From a virus (lineage: Duplodnaviria > Heunggongvirae > Uroviricota > Caudoviricetes), in the IMG/VR virus record IMGVR_UViG_2541047683_000006, positions 1 to 37,959 of that record: DNA of 37,959 nt; one strand, 5' to 3'. Both the position numbers and the translations under genes were made by a program. Under the pieces are notes generated by a model. The model saw only the letters and a program-made list of their open reading frames with translations. It made no database searches and was not told where the DNA came from. Below are positions 8,025 through 15,751 of the stretch, in pieces. How positions within the stretch are numbered: the first letter of the stretch is position 1; every line of letters starts with the position of its first letter.

Positions 8025-8513
8025 ATGAGTCTTTTGAATGACGTTCAGAAATTCATTGAAGCCCATCCGGGGTGTACTTCCGGAGACATTGCGGATGCTT
8101 TTGCAGGTTACTCACGGCAGCGCGTTCTGCAGTCAGCAAGCAAGTTACGTCAGAGTGGGCGTGTGGCTCACCGTTGTGAAGGAGATACACGCAGACATTT
8201 CCCACGCCTGACTGAGAGAGCGCAGGAGCCGGAACCACAACCAGTTCGTGAAACCAGACCTGTGCGCAATTTCTATGTCGGCACTAACGATCCCCGGGTG
8301 ATTTTGTGCCTGACCCGCCAGGCTGAAGAACTGGAGTCAAGGGGCTTATACCGTCGTGCTGCAACCGTGTGGATGGCGGCATTCCGTGAAAGCCACTCCC
8401 AGCCAGAACGAAACAATTTTCTGGCGCGTCGTGAGCGGTGCTTACGGAAAAGCAGCAAGCGAGCTGTATCGGGTGATGAGTGGTATCTGTCAGGGAATTA
8501 CGTGGGGGCTTAA
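8025..8513 (+). CDS. PerC-family transcriptional regulator-like protein
   Basis: ATG at 8025 (track ORF starts earlier at 7947); C-terminal region LESRGLYRRAATVWMAAFRESHSQPERNNFLARRERC resembles PerC-type proteins as I recall them. Confidence 0.4.
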   Translation: MSLLNDVQKFIEAHPGCTSGDIADAFAGYSRQRVLQSASKLRQSGRVAHRCEGDTRRHFPRLTERAQEPEPQPVRETRPVRNFYVGTNDPRVILCLTRQAEELESRGLYRRAATVWMAAFRESHSQPERNNFLARRERCLRKSSKRAVSGDEWYLSGNYVGA

Positions 8514-9166
8514 TGAGTAATAAATATTGCCAGGCGCTGGTGGAACTGCGGAACAAACCAGCCCATGAACTGAAGGAAGTGGGCGATCAGTGGCGCACGC
8601 CGGACAACATTTTCTGGGGAATTAACACCCTGTTTGGCCCGTTTGTTCTGGATCTGTTCACTGACGGTGATAACGCCAAATGTGCTGCGTATTACACGGC
8701 GGAAGACAACGCGCTGGCGCATGACTGGTCAGAACGTCTTGCGGAGCTTAAAGGGGCTGCCTTTGGTAATCCCCCATACAGCCGCGCCAGTCAGCATGAG
8801 GGGCAATACATCACCGGCATGCGTTACATCATGAAACATGCCAGTGCCATGCGTGATAAGGGTGGGCGCTATGTTTTCCTGATCAAAGCTGCCACCAGCG
8901 AAGTGTGGTGGCCGGAAGATGCAGACCATATTGCTTTTATTCGCGGGCGTATTGGTTTTGAACTGCCTGCCTGGTTTATCCCGAAGGATGAGAAGCAGGT
9001 GCCGACAGGCGCTTTCTTCGCTGGTGCTATTGCTGTTTTCGACAAGACCTGGAAGGGACCGGCAATCAGCTACATCGGGCGCGATGAACTTGAGGCATGT
9101 GGTGAGGCGTTTTTGGCGCAGGTTCGCCAGCAGGCAGAAAAACTTGTCAGGGAGATGGCGGCATGA
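8513..9166 (+). CDS. DNA N6-adenine methyltransferase (phage Dam-like, orphan)
   Basis: 217 aa from ATG 8513, which overlaps the upstream stop; catalytic NPPY motif (FGNPPYS); no adjacent restriction endonuclease gene. Confidence 0.7.
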   Translation: MSNKYCQALVELRNKPAHELKEVGDQWRTPDNIFWGINTLFGPFVLDLFTDGDNAKCAAYYTAEDNALAHDWSERLAELKGAAFGNPPYSRASQHEGQYITGMRYIMKHASAMRDKGGRYVFLIKAATSEVWWPEDADHIAFIRGRIGFELPAWFIPKDEKQVPTGAFFAGAIAVFDKTWKGPAISYIGRDELEACGEAFLAQVRQQAEKLVREMAA

Positions 9167-9489
9167 CGACGTTAACTCAATGCCAGCAGCAGGTGCTGGA
9201 TATGCTGATTTCTTACCAGCAAGAGCGTGGCTTTCCGCCAACCAATCAGGAGGTGGCAACCATGCTGGGATACCGTTCAGTGAATGCAGCGGTGGAGCAT
9301 CTTCGCGCACTGGAGAAAAAAGGCGTCATCACGATAAAGCGTGGCGTGGCCCGGGGGATAACGCTTCATACCGCGGTGAAGGACGACGACAGCGAGGCTG
9401 TCGGGATTATCCGCGCACTGCTTGCCGGTGAGGAAAACGCAAGGCTGCGTGCAACCCACTGGTTACATGAGAGGGACCTGAAAGTATGA
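9163..9489 (+). CDS. LexA-N-terminal-like winged-helix DNA-binding protein (no peptidase domain)
   Basis: 108 aa; QQVLDMLISYQQERGFPPTNQEVATMLGYRSVNAAVEHLRALEKKGVI resembles the LexA DNA-binding domain. Confidence 0.45.
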   Translation: MTTLTQCQQQVLDMLISYQQERGFPPTNQEVATMLGYRSVNAAVEHLRALEKKGVITIKRGVARGITLHTAVKDDDSEAVGIIRALLAGEENARLRATHWLHERDLKV

Positions 9490-9875
9490 AGCTGATCCTG
9501 CCTTTTCCGCCCAGCGTGAACACGTACTGGCGACACCCCAACAAAGGGGCGTTTGCTGGTAAGAGCCTGATAAGCGCGGCGGGGCGAAAATTCCAGAGCG
9601 CGGCGTGCGCAGCAATAGTTGAGCAGTTACGTCGTCTGCCGAAACCAACGTCGGCACCTGCTTCAGTGGAGATCGTGTTGTTTCCTCCGGATAACCGGAT
9701 CCGCGATCTGGACAACTATAACAAGGCGCTGTTTGACGCCCTGACCCACGCGGGTGTGTGGGAAGACGACAGTCAGGTGAAAAGAATGCTGGTGGAGTGG
9801 GGACCGGTTATCCCGGAAGGGAAGGTCGAGATCACTATCAGTAAGTACGAGAAAACGGCGGGTGCAGCCGCCTGA
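9486..9875 (+). CDS. rusA: RusA-family Holliday junction resolvase
   Basis: 129 aa; N-terminal PPSVNTYW and acidic DLDNYNKALFDALT...DDSQV motifs typical of RusA. Confidence 0.8.
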   Translation: MKLILPFPPSVNTYWRHPNKGAFAGKSLISAAGRKFQSAACAAIVEQLRRLPKPTSAPASVEIVLFPPDNRIRDLDNYNKALFDALTHAGVWEDDSQVKRMLVEWGPVIPEGKVEITISKYEKTAGAAA

Positions 9876-9894
9876 TAAAGAGGAGAAACGAAGT

Positions 9895-10704
9895 ATGAAT
9901 AATCTGATGGTCATTGATGGTATTGAAGTTCGTCGTGATGCTTATGGGCGTTACAGCCTGAACGATCTGCATCGCGCAGCAGTAGCATCTGGTGCAAATG
10001 CCAGAACCAAGGAGCCAGGAAAGTTTCTTTCCAGCCAACAGACTGTTGAGCTTGTTCATGAATTGACCAACACCCAGAATTTGGGTGTTGACCCGGTGAG
10101 TGTGATTCATGGGGGAAATGAACGGGGAACGTATGTCTGCAAGGAACTGGTGTATGCCTATGCAATGTGGATCAGCCCGTCATTCCATCTGAAGGTGATC
10201 CGTACTTTCGATATGGTAACCAGCGCACCGGAAAAATTATCCGGGCAGGCTGCTGACAAGATGCAGGCTGGTGTGATTCTGCTGGACTTTATGCGTCGGG
10301 AATTAAACCTGTCTAACTCATCTGTGCTTGGGGCTTGTCAGAAACTCCAGGAGGCTGTTGGCTTACCGAATCTGGCACCGCGCTATGCCATTGATGCTCC
10401 TGCTGATGCACACGATGGCTCAAGTCGCCCGACACTGTCACTGAGCGCACTGCTGAAACAGTATGGTATACGCCTGACGGCTAATCAGGCATATCACCAG
10501 ATGGTGAAACTGGGGATCGTCGAGCAGCGCGAACGATACAGCCGTACCGCGATTAACAACATCAAAAAATTCTGGTCGCTGACAGCGAAAGGCTGCATGT
10601 TCGGCAAGAACATCACCAGTCCTGCAAATCCGCGCGAGACGCAGCCGCATTTCTTCGAATCCCGATTCCCTGAGCTGTTAAAGCTGCTCGATACCGTTCA
10701 TTGA
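9895..10704 (+). CDS. KilA-N domain protein (antirepressor-like)
   Basis: ATG at 9895 with SD GAGGAG (track ORF starts at 9862); N-terminal segment (VIDGIEVRRDAYGRYSLNDLHRAA...) resembles the KilA-N domain as recalled. Confidence 0.5.
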   Translation: MNNLMVIDGIEVRRDAYGRYSLNDLHRAAVASGANARTKEPGKFLSSQQTVELVHELTNTQNLGVDPVSVIHGGNERGTYVCKELVYAYAMWISPSFHLKVIRTFDMVTSAPEKLSGQAADKMQAGVILLDFMRRELNLSNSSVLGACQKLQEAVGLPNLAPRYAIDAPADAHDGSSRPTLSLSALLKQYGIRLTANQAYHQMVKLGIVEQRERYSRTAINNIKKFWSLTAKGCMFGKNITSPANPRETQPHFFESRFPELLKLLDTVH

Positions 10705-10705
10705 G

Positions 10706-11701
10706 GTGACCGTGAGAGCACTACTGACCCCTGAAATTGCCCCGCGTATGGGGATCGTATTGTTCAGGCCAGGTTCAGAGCTGATGCCCCTGTTTATGCA
10801 GGGGCGTGTTCTGCTGGAGCCTGAGCCGGAACGTTATTCATCTTTCGCCAGTGGTGCCGTTCCGGCGGCATCACAACCGCTGGCGGATGATCCTGCCGTT
10901 CGGGCCGTGTTCCGCAATGAGGCAGTGATCCGTCGTGCTGGTGGCGTGGAATGTCTTGAAAGCTGGTTACTTCGTGAAAAAGGCTGCCAGTGGCCTCATT
11001 CCGACTGGCACAGCGAGAACATGACCACAATGCGACACGCTCCGGGCGCAATCCGTCTGTGCTGGCACTGCGATAACCAGCTGCGCGATCAGTTCACGGA
11101 ACGGCTGGAATCAATGGCAACGGATAACTGTGCCCGCTGGGTGTTGTCTGTTGTGCGTCGGGATCTCGGTTTTGATGATAGTCACGTTGTGACAATGCCG
11201 GAACTGTGCTGGTGGCTGATTCGTAATGACCTGGCGGATGCCTTACCGGAAAGTGCAGCCCGTAAGGCACTGAGATTACCAAAGCCTGTTGTGCCGTCTG
11301 TCACCCGGGAAAGTGACCTTGTGCCTTCGGTTCCTGCCACCGGCATCATCCAGGATAAGGCAAAAAAGGTGCTGGCGCTGAAAGTGGATCCGGAGTCGCC
11401 GGAGTCTTTTATGTTACGCCCAAAACGCCGCCGCTGGGTTAATGAAAAGTACACGCGCTGGGTTAAGACACAGCCGTGTGCATGTTGTGGAAAGCCTGCT
11501 GATGATCCCCACCACCTGATAGGCCACGGTCAGGGTGGAATGGGTACAAAAGCGCATGACCTCTTTGTGTTGCCTTTGTGCAGAAAGCATCACGACGAGC
11601 TGCATGCGGATACCGTGGCATTTGAAGAGAAGTATGGCTCCCAGCTGGAGCTGATATTTCGTTTTATCGATCGTGCGCTGGCAATTGGCGTATTGGCGTA
11701 A
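10706..11701 (+). CDS. DUF968-family protein with a C-terminal Cys/His HNH-like motif
   Basis: 331 aa; C-terminal CACCGKPADDPHHLIGHGQGGMGTKAHD...CRKHHDELH; GTG start is uncertain, an alternative ATG lies 42 nt downstream. Confidence 0.45.
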   Translation: MTVRALLTPEIAPRMGIVLFRPGSELMPLFMQGRVLLEPEPERYSSFASGAVPAASQPLADDPAVRAVFRNEAVIRRAGGVECLESWLLREKGCQWPHSDWHSENMTTMRHAPGAIRLCWHCDNQLRDQFTERLESMATDNCARWVLSVVRRDLGFDDSHVVTMPELCWWLIRNDLADALPESAARKALRLPKPVVPSVTRESDLVPSVPATGIIQDKAKKVLALKVDPESPESFMLRPKRRRWVNEKYTRWVKTQPCACCGKPADDPHHLIGHGQGGMGTKAHDLFVLPLCRKHHDELHADTVAFEEKYGSQLELIFRFIDRALAIGVLA

Positions 11702-11714
11702 GTGGAGAACGAGC

Positions 11715-12467
11715 ATGAACCTTGAAGCCTTACCAAAATATTACTCCCCAAAATCTCCAAAATTGAGCGATGACGCACCGGCGACAGGCTCAGGTGGTTT
11801 AACGATTACGGATGTGATGGCTGCGCAGGGGATGGTGCAGTCGAAAGCACCGCTTGGGTTTGCCTTATTCCTGGCAAAAGTTGGTGTTCAGGATCCTCAA
11901 TTTGCGATTGAAGGTCTGCTCAATTACGCGATGGCACTGGATAACCCGACATTGAACAAATTGAGTGAAGAAACCCGGTTACAGATCATCCCTTACCTTG
12001 TGAATTTTGCCTTTGCTGATTATTCCAGGTCTGCGGCAAGTAAGGCTCGCTGTGAGCATTGTGCTGGTACTGGATTTCATAATGTATTGCGCGAAGTGGT
12101 GAAACACTCCAGAAGCGGGGAATCTGTTATCAAGGAAGAGTGGGTGAAGGAACTATGTCAGCATTGCCATGGTAAGGGAGAAGTCAGCACAGCGTGCAGA
12201 GGGTGTAAGGGTAAAGGTATTGTCCTGGATGAAAAAAGAACCCGGCTTCATGGTGTGCCTGTTTATAAGATTTGTGGGCGTTGCAATGGCAACCGGTTTA
12301 GCCGTTTACCAACCACACTGGCGCGGCATCATGTCCAGAAACTGGTACCGGACCTGACGGATTATCAGTGGTACAAAGGATATGCAGACGTTATTAATAA
12401 ACTGGTTACAAAGTGCTGGCAGGAAGAAGCGTATGCTGAATCGCAATTGAGAAAAGTGACGAGATAA
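11715..12467 (+). CDS. Late-gene antitermination protein Q-like
   Basis: 250 aa from ATG 11715 (SD GGAGAA); four CxxC pairs (CEHCAGTG, CQHCHGKG, CRGCKGKG, CGRCNGN); directly upstream of a promoter plus short terminated transcript and the lysis genes. Confidence 0.55.
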   Translation: MNLEALPKYYSPKSPKLSDDAPATGSGGLTITDVMAAQGMVQSKAPLGFALFLAKVGVQDPQFAIEGLLNYAMALDNPTLNKLSEETRLQIIPYLVNFAFADYSRSAASKARCEHCAGTGFHNVLREVVKHSRSGESVIKEEWVKELCQHCHGKGEVSTACRGCKGKGIVLDEKRTRLHGVPVYKICGRCNGNRFSRLPTTLARHHVQKLVPDLTDYQWYKGYADVINKLVTKCWQEEAYAESQLRKVTR

Positions 12468-12498
12468 ATGATTTTCGCCGAAGATGGCGACATGATTC

Positions 12499-12527
12499 TT
12501 GCATTTTTCAAAAAATTTGGTTAGGAT
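12499..12527 (+). promoter_or_regulatory. PR'-like late promoter
   Basis: TTGCAT, 17-nt spacer, TAGGAT immediately downstream of the Q-like gene. Confidence 0.45.
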
Positions 12528-12573
12528 TCTCCTGACGATGGGCTTTGTGTGTCTACCGTTGATAATCTTCAAG

Positions 12574-12596
12574 AAACCGCCACCGAGCGGTTTTTT
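12574..12596 (+). terminator. tR'-like intrinsic terminator
   Basis: aaaccgc-caccga-gcggttt stem followed by a T6 run, about 45 nt downstream of the putative late promoter. Confidence 0.5.
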
Positions 12597-12755
12597 ATTG
12601 ATGTCAATTGTGTTTTTAAGGCTCTCCTTCCTTAAAGTGTGTTGTACAAAAAACTGGCAGCCAGCTACGCTCATTTTGAAAAAGTGACACCCTTCAATGT
12701 TTCTTTTGAATGGAATTGCTACCCATAAATCTCTATCAAAAACAGGAGAGCATAT

Positions 12756-12998
12756 ATGGTGGAGCGTTGTTCTGTTTGTGAGCAGTCATTAAGTTATTCA
12801 CGAGAAGTTGAACAAGATGGCGTTGAATATAAATCTTGCCCAAAATGTTCTGCTGATGCCGGAGTGCACGTTTTTTATAAAACAATAGACTTTGGTTATA
12901 GGGATATGGGAGACGGAAGGCATATCGTTCAGTCATGGTGTCCGGCTTGTCGTTCTGGTGAAAAACCTTCTATACCACCAGCATTTAAATGTTGTTAA
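12756..12998 (+). CDS. Cys-rich small protein (zinc-ribbon-like), moron between Q and holin
   Basis: 80-aa ORF with ATG and SD CAGGAGAG; CxxC pairs CSVC, CPKC, CPAC and a C-terminal KCC; AT-rich context; followed by a strong terminator. Confidence 0.4.
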   Translation: MVERCSVCEQSLSYSREVEQDGVEYKSCPKCSADAGVHVFYKTIDFGYRDMGDGRHIVQSWCPACRSGEKPSIPPAFKCC

Positions 12999-13017
12999 CT
13001 CAATGAATTATAAAAAG

Positions 13018-13042
13018 AGGCTGCCTGTGGGCGGCCTTTTTT
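13018..13042 (+). terminator. Rho-independent terminator after the Cys-rich ORF
   Basis: aggctgcc-tgtg-ggcggcct stem (one G-U pair) followed by TTTTTT. Confidence 0.6.
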
Positions 13043-13129
13043 GTGCACTACGCAACTTTTGCGACTCAGCGCTATAACCAGCTTCTTTCCCTTCACTCGT
13101 TGCACTTCCGATAACCGGAGGTGGGAATT

Positions 13130-13471
13130 ATGAAAATGCATAACGATCCTCATTCCTGGTCTGACTTACTTGAATTGTTACAGAGCTGGTGGCGTGGAGA
13201 CACACCGCTGGGCGCAGTAATTATGTCGATCGTTATGGCTGGCTTGCGCATTGCCTATTTTGGCGGTGGTGGTGGCTGGAAGCGAAAAACGATCGAGATT
13301 TTGCTCTGCGGCGCTCTGACGCTGACTTTTGCATCCGCTCTTGAGTATGTCGGATGGCCTAAATCGCTTTCTGTTGCCATTGGTGGTGGCGTTGGGTTGA
13401 TCGGTGTCGATGCTATTCGTGGGGCTGCAATGAGAGTAATCGGTAATAAGTTTGGTGGCTCTAAGGAGTAA
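13130..13471 (+). CDS. Holin with dual-start motif
   Basis: N-terminus MKMHND (Met-Lys-Met), hydrophobic helices, Gly-rich GGGGGW and a charged C-terminus; SD GGAGGTGGG; directly upstream of the endolysin. Confidence 0.65.
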   Translation: MKMHNDPHSWSDLLELLQSWWRGDTPLGAVIMSIVMAGLRIAYFGGGGGWKRKTIEILLCGALTLTFASALEYVGWPKSLSVAIGGGVGLIGVDAIRGAAMRVIGNKFGGSKE

Positions 13472-13474
13472 TTT

Positions 13475-13951
13475 ATGCAGGTACTAAATTCCCAGCGTAA
13501 AGCTTTCCTCGATATGGTGGCATGGTCAGAAGGAACGGATAACGGGCGACAACCGACACGTAATCACGGTTATGATGTTATTGTTGGCGGAGAACTGTTT
13601 ACTGATTATTCTGATCACCCTCGCAAACTTGTCACGCTAAACCCCAAACTCAAATCAACAGCCGCCGGACGTTATCAGCTTCTTTCACGCTGGTGGGATG
13701 CCTACCGCAAGCAGCTTGCTCTGAAAGACTTCTCCCCCAAAAGCCAGGATGCTGTGGCACTGCAACAGATTAAAGAGCGTGGCGCTTTACCGATGATTGA
13801 TCGCGGTGATATTCGTCAGGCAATCGACCGTTGCAGCAATATCTGGGCTTCACTGCCGGGCGCTGGTTATGGTCAGTATGAACATAAAATCGGTGATCTG
13901 ATTGCCCGGTTTAAAGAGGCTGGTGGGGTGGTAAATGAAGTTGAGCTATAA
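13475..13951 (+). CDS. R: Endolysin, lambda R-like lytic transglycosylase
   Basis: 158 aa, highly similar along its length to phage lambda R as I recall it (NSQRKAFLDM.AWSEGTDNGRQ.TRNHGYDVIVGGELFTDYSDHPRKLVTLNPKLKST). Confidence 0.9.
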   Translation: MQVLNSQRKAFLDMVAWSEGTDNGRQPTRNHGYDVIVGGELFTDYSDHPRKLVTLNPKLKSTAAGRYQLLSRWWDAYRKQLALKDFSPKSQDAVALQQIKERGALPMIDRGDIRQAIDRCSNIWASLPGAGYGQYEHKIGDLIARFKEAGGVVNEVEL

Positions 13952-14327
13952 GTTGGTTATCGCTGCATTCTTCTTTACTGTCATCGGTTCTTTCATCTGG
14001 TCTGCCAACCACTACTACAGCAAATATCAGCACGAAAAGAAACGTGCTGATGAGGCTGTACAAAATGCCAAATCGGCAACTGTCATTACCAATAACGTCC
14101 TGCAATCACTGCAAATCGTCAATACAGTTCTGGAGGCTAACCAGCATGCAAAACAGCAGATCACACTGGAGTCACAGAGAACCCAGGAAGATATCAAAGT
14201 GGCTGTTGCGGATGATGATTGTGCTTCACGTCCTGTGCCTGCTGTCGCTGCTGACCGGTTGCGGAAATTCGCGAACGGTTTACGTGAGCGCTCCGGTGGC
14301 ACCACTGCCAGCCAGCCTGACTTCTGA
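13935..14327 (+). CDS. i-spanin (Rz-like)
   Basis: 130 aa with an N-terminal transmembrane helix then charged/coiled region; ATG overlaps the end of the endolysin gene; contains an embedded out-of-frame lipoprotein ORF. Confidence 0.65.
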   Translation: MKLSYKLVIAAFFFTVIGSFIWSANHYYSKYQHEKKRADEAVQNAKSATVITNNVLQSLQIVNTVLEANQHAKQQITLESQRTQEDIKVAVADDDCASRPVPAVAADRLRKFANGLRERSGGTTASQPDF

Positions 14328-14487
14328 TACTCCTGTACCGTTTATACCCAATCCGCTGACGTATGGTGCCAGTCTGGAGTTGAATGTGAGTCTGTTGTCA
14401 GCGTTGGGACAATGCAATATTGACAAAGCGGGGATTAGAAAGATAGAGGCGAGCCGGTCAGGTAGAAATGAATCAGACTCAAAGTGA
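14212..14487 (+). CDS. o-spanin (Rz1-like lipoprotein), overlapping the Rz-like gene in another frame and extending past it
   Basis: Internal ATG of track ORF 14044..14487; signal peptide with lipobox LLTGC; Pro-rich mature region. Confidence 0.5.
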   Translation: MMIVLHVLCLLSLLTGCGNSRTVYVSAPVAPLPASLTSDTPVPFIPNPLTYGASLELNVSLLSALGQCNIDKAGIRKIEASRSGRNESDSK

Positions 14488-14780
14488 AGCGGAAAAGGTA
14501 TGTGGCACAAACTGATGCTACCATAATTACAGCCTGATGACTTGTGGAATGAAACATGTTGAACCTCCTTAATTGATGTTATTCGAGTGAGGAAGGCATT
14601 CTGTCCTTCTATAGTGTCAAGTAAATCACACGGGAAACTTGCCTCACGCGTGAGACAAGCCTCTCCCATCAGTGAGTTGTATTGATCTCGACTCTTCAAA
14701 GAATTCATTACTGGGTAGATGAAAATAGTTTCACGACGAATGGAGGAGACTATGTCGGTAGCTTCTTCATTGGAGTACAT

Positions 14781-15131
14781 ATGCCACCACGAACCCCAAA
14801 AGCCTGCCGAGTTCGCGGCTGCCGCCATACCACGACTGACCCGTCAGGTTATTGCGAAAGCCACAAAAGCGAGGGCTGGAAGCAATACAAGCCAGGCCAG
14901 TCCCGACACCAGCGCGGTTATGGTTCGAAATGGGATGTTATCCGGGGGCGTGTACTAAAGCGTGACAAAGGCCTGTGTCAGTTGTGTTTGCGTGCCGGTG
15001 TGGTGCGCGAGGCGAAAACCGTTGACCACATCATCCCTAAAGCGCATGGCGGCACTGATGCCGACAGCAATCTGCAGAGCCTGTGCTGGCCGTGTCATAA
15101 GGCGAAGACGGCCCGTGAACGGCTGAAGTAA
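14781..15131 (+). CDS. HNH endonuclease (terminase-associated)
   Basis: 116 aa from ATG 14781 (SD GGAG at 5 nt); CxxC...CxxC zinc finger plus HNH core (DHIIPKAHGGTDADSNLQSLCWPCH); directly upstream of TerS. Confidence 0.8.
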   Translation: MPPRTPKACRVRGCRHTTTDPSGYCESHKSEGWKQYKPGQSRHQRGYGSKWDVIRGRVLKRDKGLCQLCLRAGVVREAKTVDHIIPKAHGGTDADSNLQSLCWPCHKAKTARERLK

Positions 15132-15157
15132 GAACCAGTTCCCACTGCCAGAGGGGA

Positions 15158-15217
15158 GGGGCGGGTCAAATCCCTGTGACCTGACGTCTTCCGGACTGCC
15201 CGCCCCATCGTTTTTTT
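15158..15217 (+). other. GC-rich inverted repeat plus T7 run between the HNH and TerS genes (candidate cos/packaging site or terminator)
   Basis: ggggcggg ... cccgcccc arms with nested gtca/tgac symmetry, followed by TTTTTTT; the HNH/TerS intergenic position is where cos lies in HK97-type phages. Confidence 0.35.
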
Positions 15218-15256
15218 ATACCCGCGAAAAATGAAATTTAACCAGGAGTGCCGCAT

Positions 15257-15751
15257 ATGGCTGGAACGACGGGGCGTTCCGGGCGTCGCCCCAAGCCAAC
15301 GGCGCGCAAGGCGCTGGCCGGAAATCCCGGCAAGCGAGCCCTGAACAAAGATGAGCCTGTTTTTACGCCCATCAAAGGTGTTGAGCCACCGGAGTGGTTC
15401 GCTGAAGAAAATCTCCCTCTCGCCACGATCATGTGGCAACTGACAACCAAAGAACTCTGCGGTCAGGGCCTGCTGTGCGTGACTGACCTCGCGGTGCTTG
15501 AGCGGTGGTGCGTGGCCTACGAGTTCTGGCGACGTGCCGTGAAAAATATTGCCAGACAGGGCAACACCATCACCGGTGCAATGGGCGGTATGGTCAAAAA
15601 TCCGGAGCTGACCGTCAAAAAAGAACAGGAGTCCGAGATGAGCAGTACGGGGGCAATGCTCGGACTCGACCCCAGCAGCCGCCAGCGTCTGATTGGCCTG
15701 GCGGGGCAGAAGAAAGCCACTAACCCGTTTCTGAAAATCATCGAATCATGA
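15257..15751 (+). CDS. Terminase small subunit (P27 family)
   Basis: 164 aa from ATG 15257; N-terminal [10 protein letters not shown]...GNPGKRALN typical of P27-family TerS; 4-nt overlap with TerL. Confidence 0.75.
   Translation: MAGTTGRSGRRPKPTARKALAGNPGKRALNKDEPVFTPIKGVEPPEWFAEENLPLATIMWQLTTKELCGQGLLCVTDLAVLERWCVAYEFWRRAVKNIARQGNTITGAMGGMVKNPELTVKKEQESEMSSTGAMLGLDPSSRQRLIGLAGQKKATNPFLKIIES

Noticed and set aside
9163-10704. LexA-like DNA-binding protein plus KilA-N protein considered as a two-gene defence or anti-repressor system
   Set aside because: Both are common nin-region components of lambdoid phages; nothing in the sequence marks them as a distinct system, so they are listed only as features
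12499-12687. 62-aa hydrophobic ORF (TTG start) covering the PR'/tR' region
   Set aside because: Starts at TTG, runs through the promoter and terminator hairpin, and has no good SD; the interval is better explained as a late promoter plus short terminated transcript
14280-14828. 182-aa minus-strand ORF spanning Rz/Rz1 and the HNH start
   Set aside because: Overlaps two well-supported plus-strand genes over most of its length and has a low-complexity sequence; only the short segment with the strong SD (14435-14557) was kept as a speculative finding
14719-14958. 79-aa plus-strand ORF with a GGAGGAG SD overlapping the HNH gene in another frame
   Set aside because: The HNH frame encodes an unmistakable zinc-finger/HNH protein with its own SD; the alternative frame gives an Ala/Ser-rich low-complexity product
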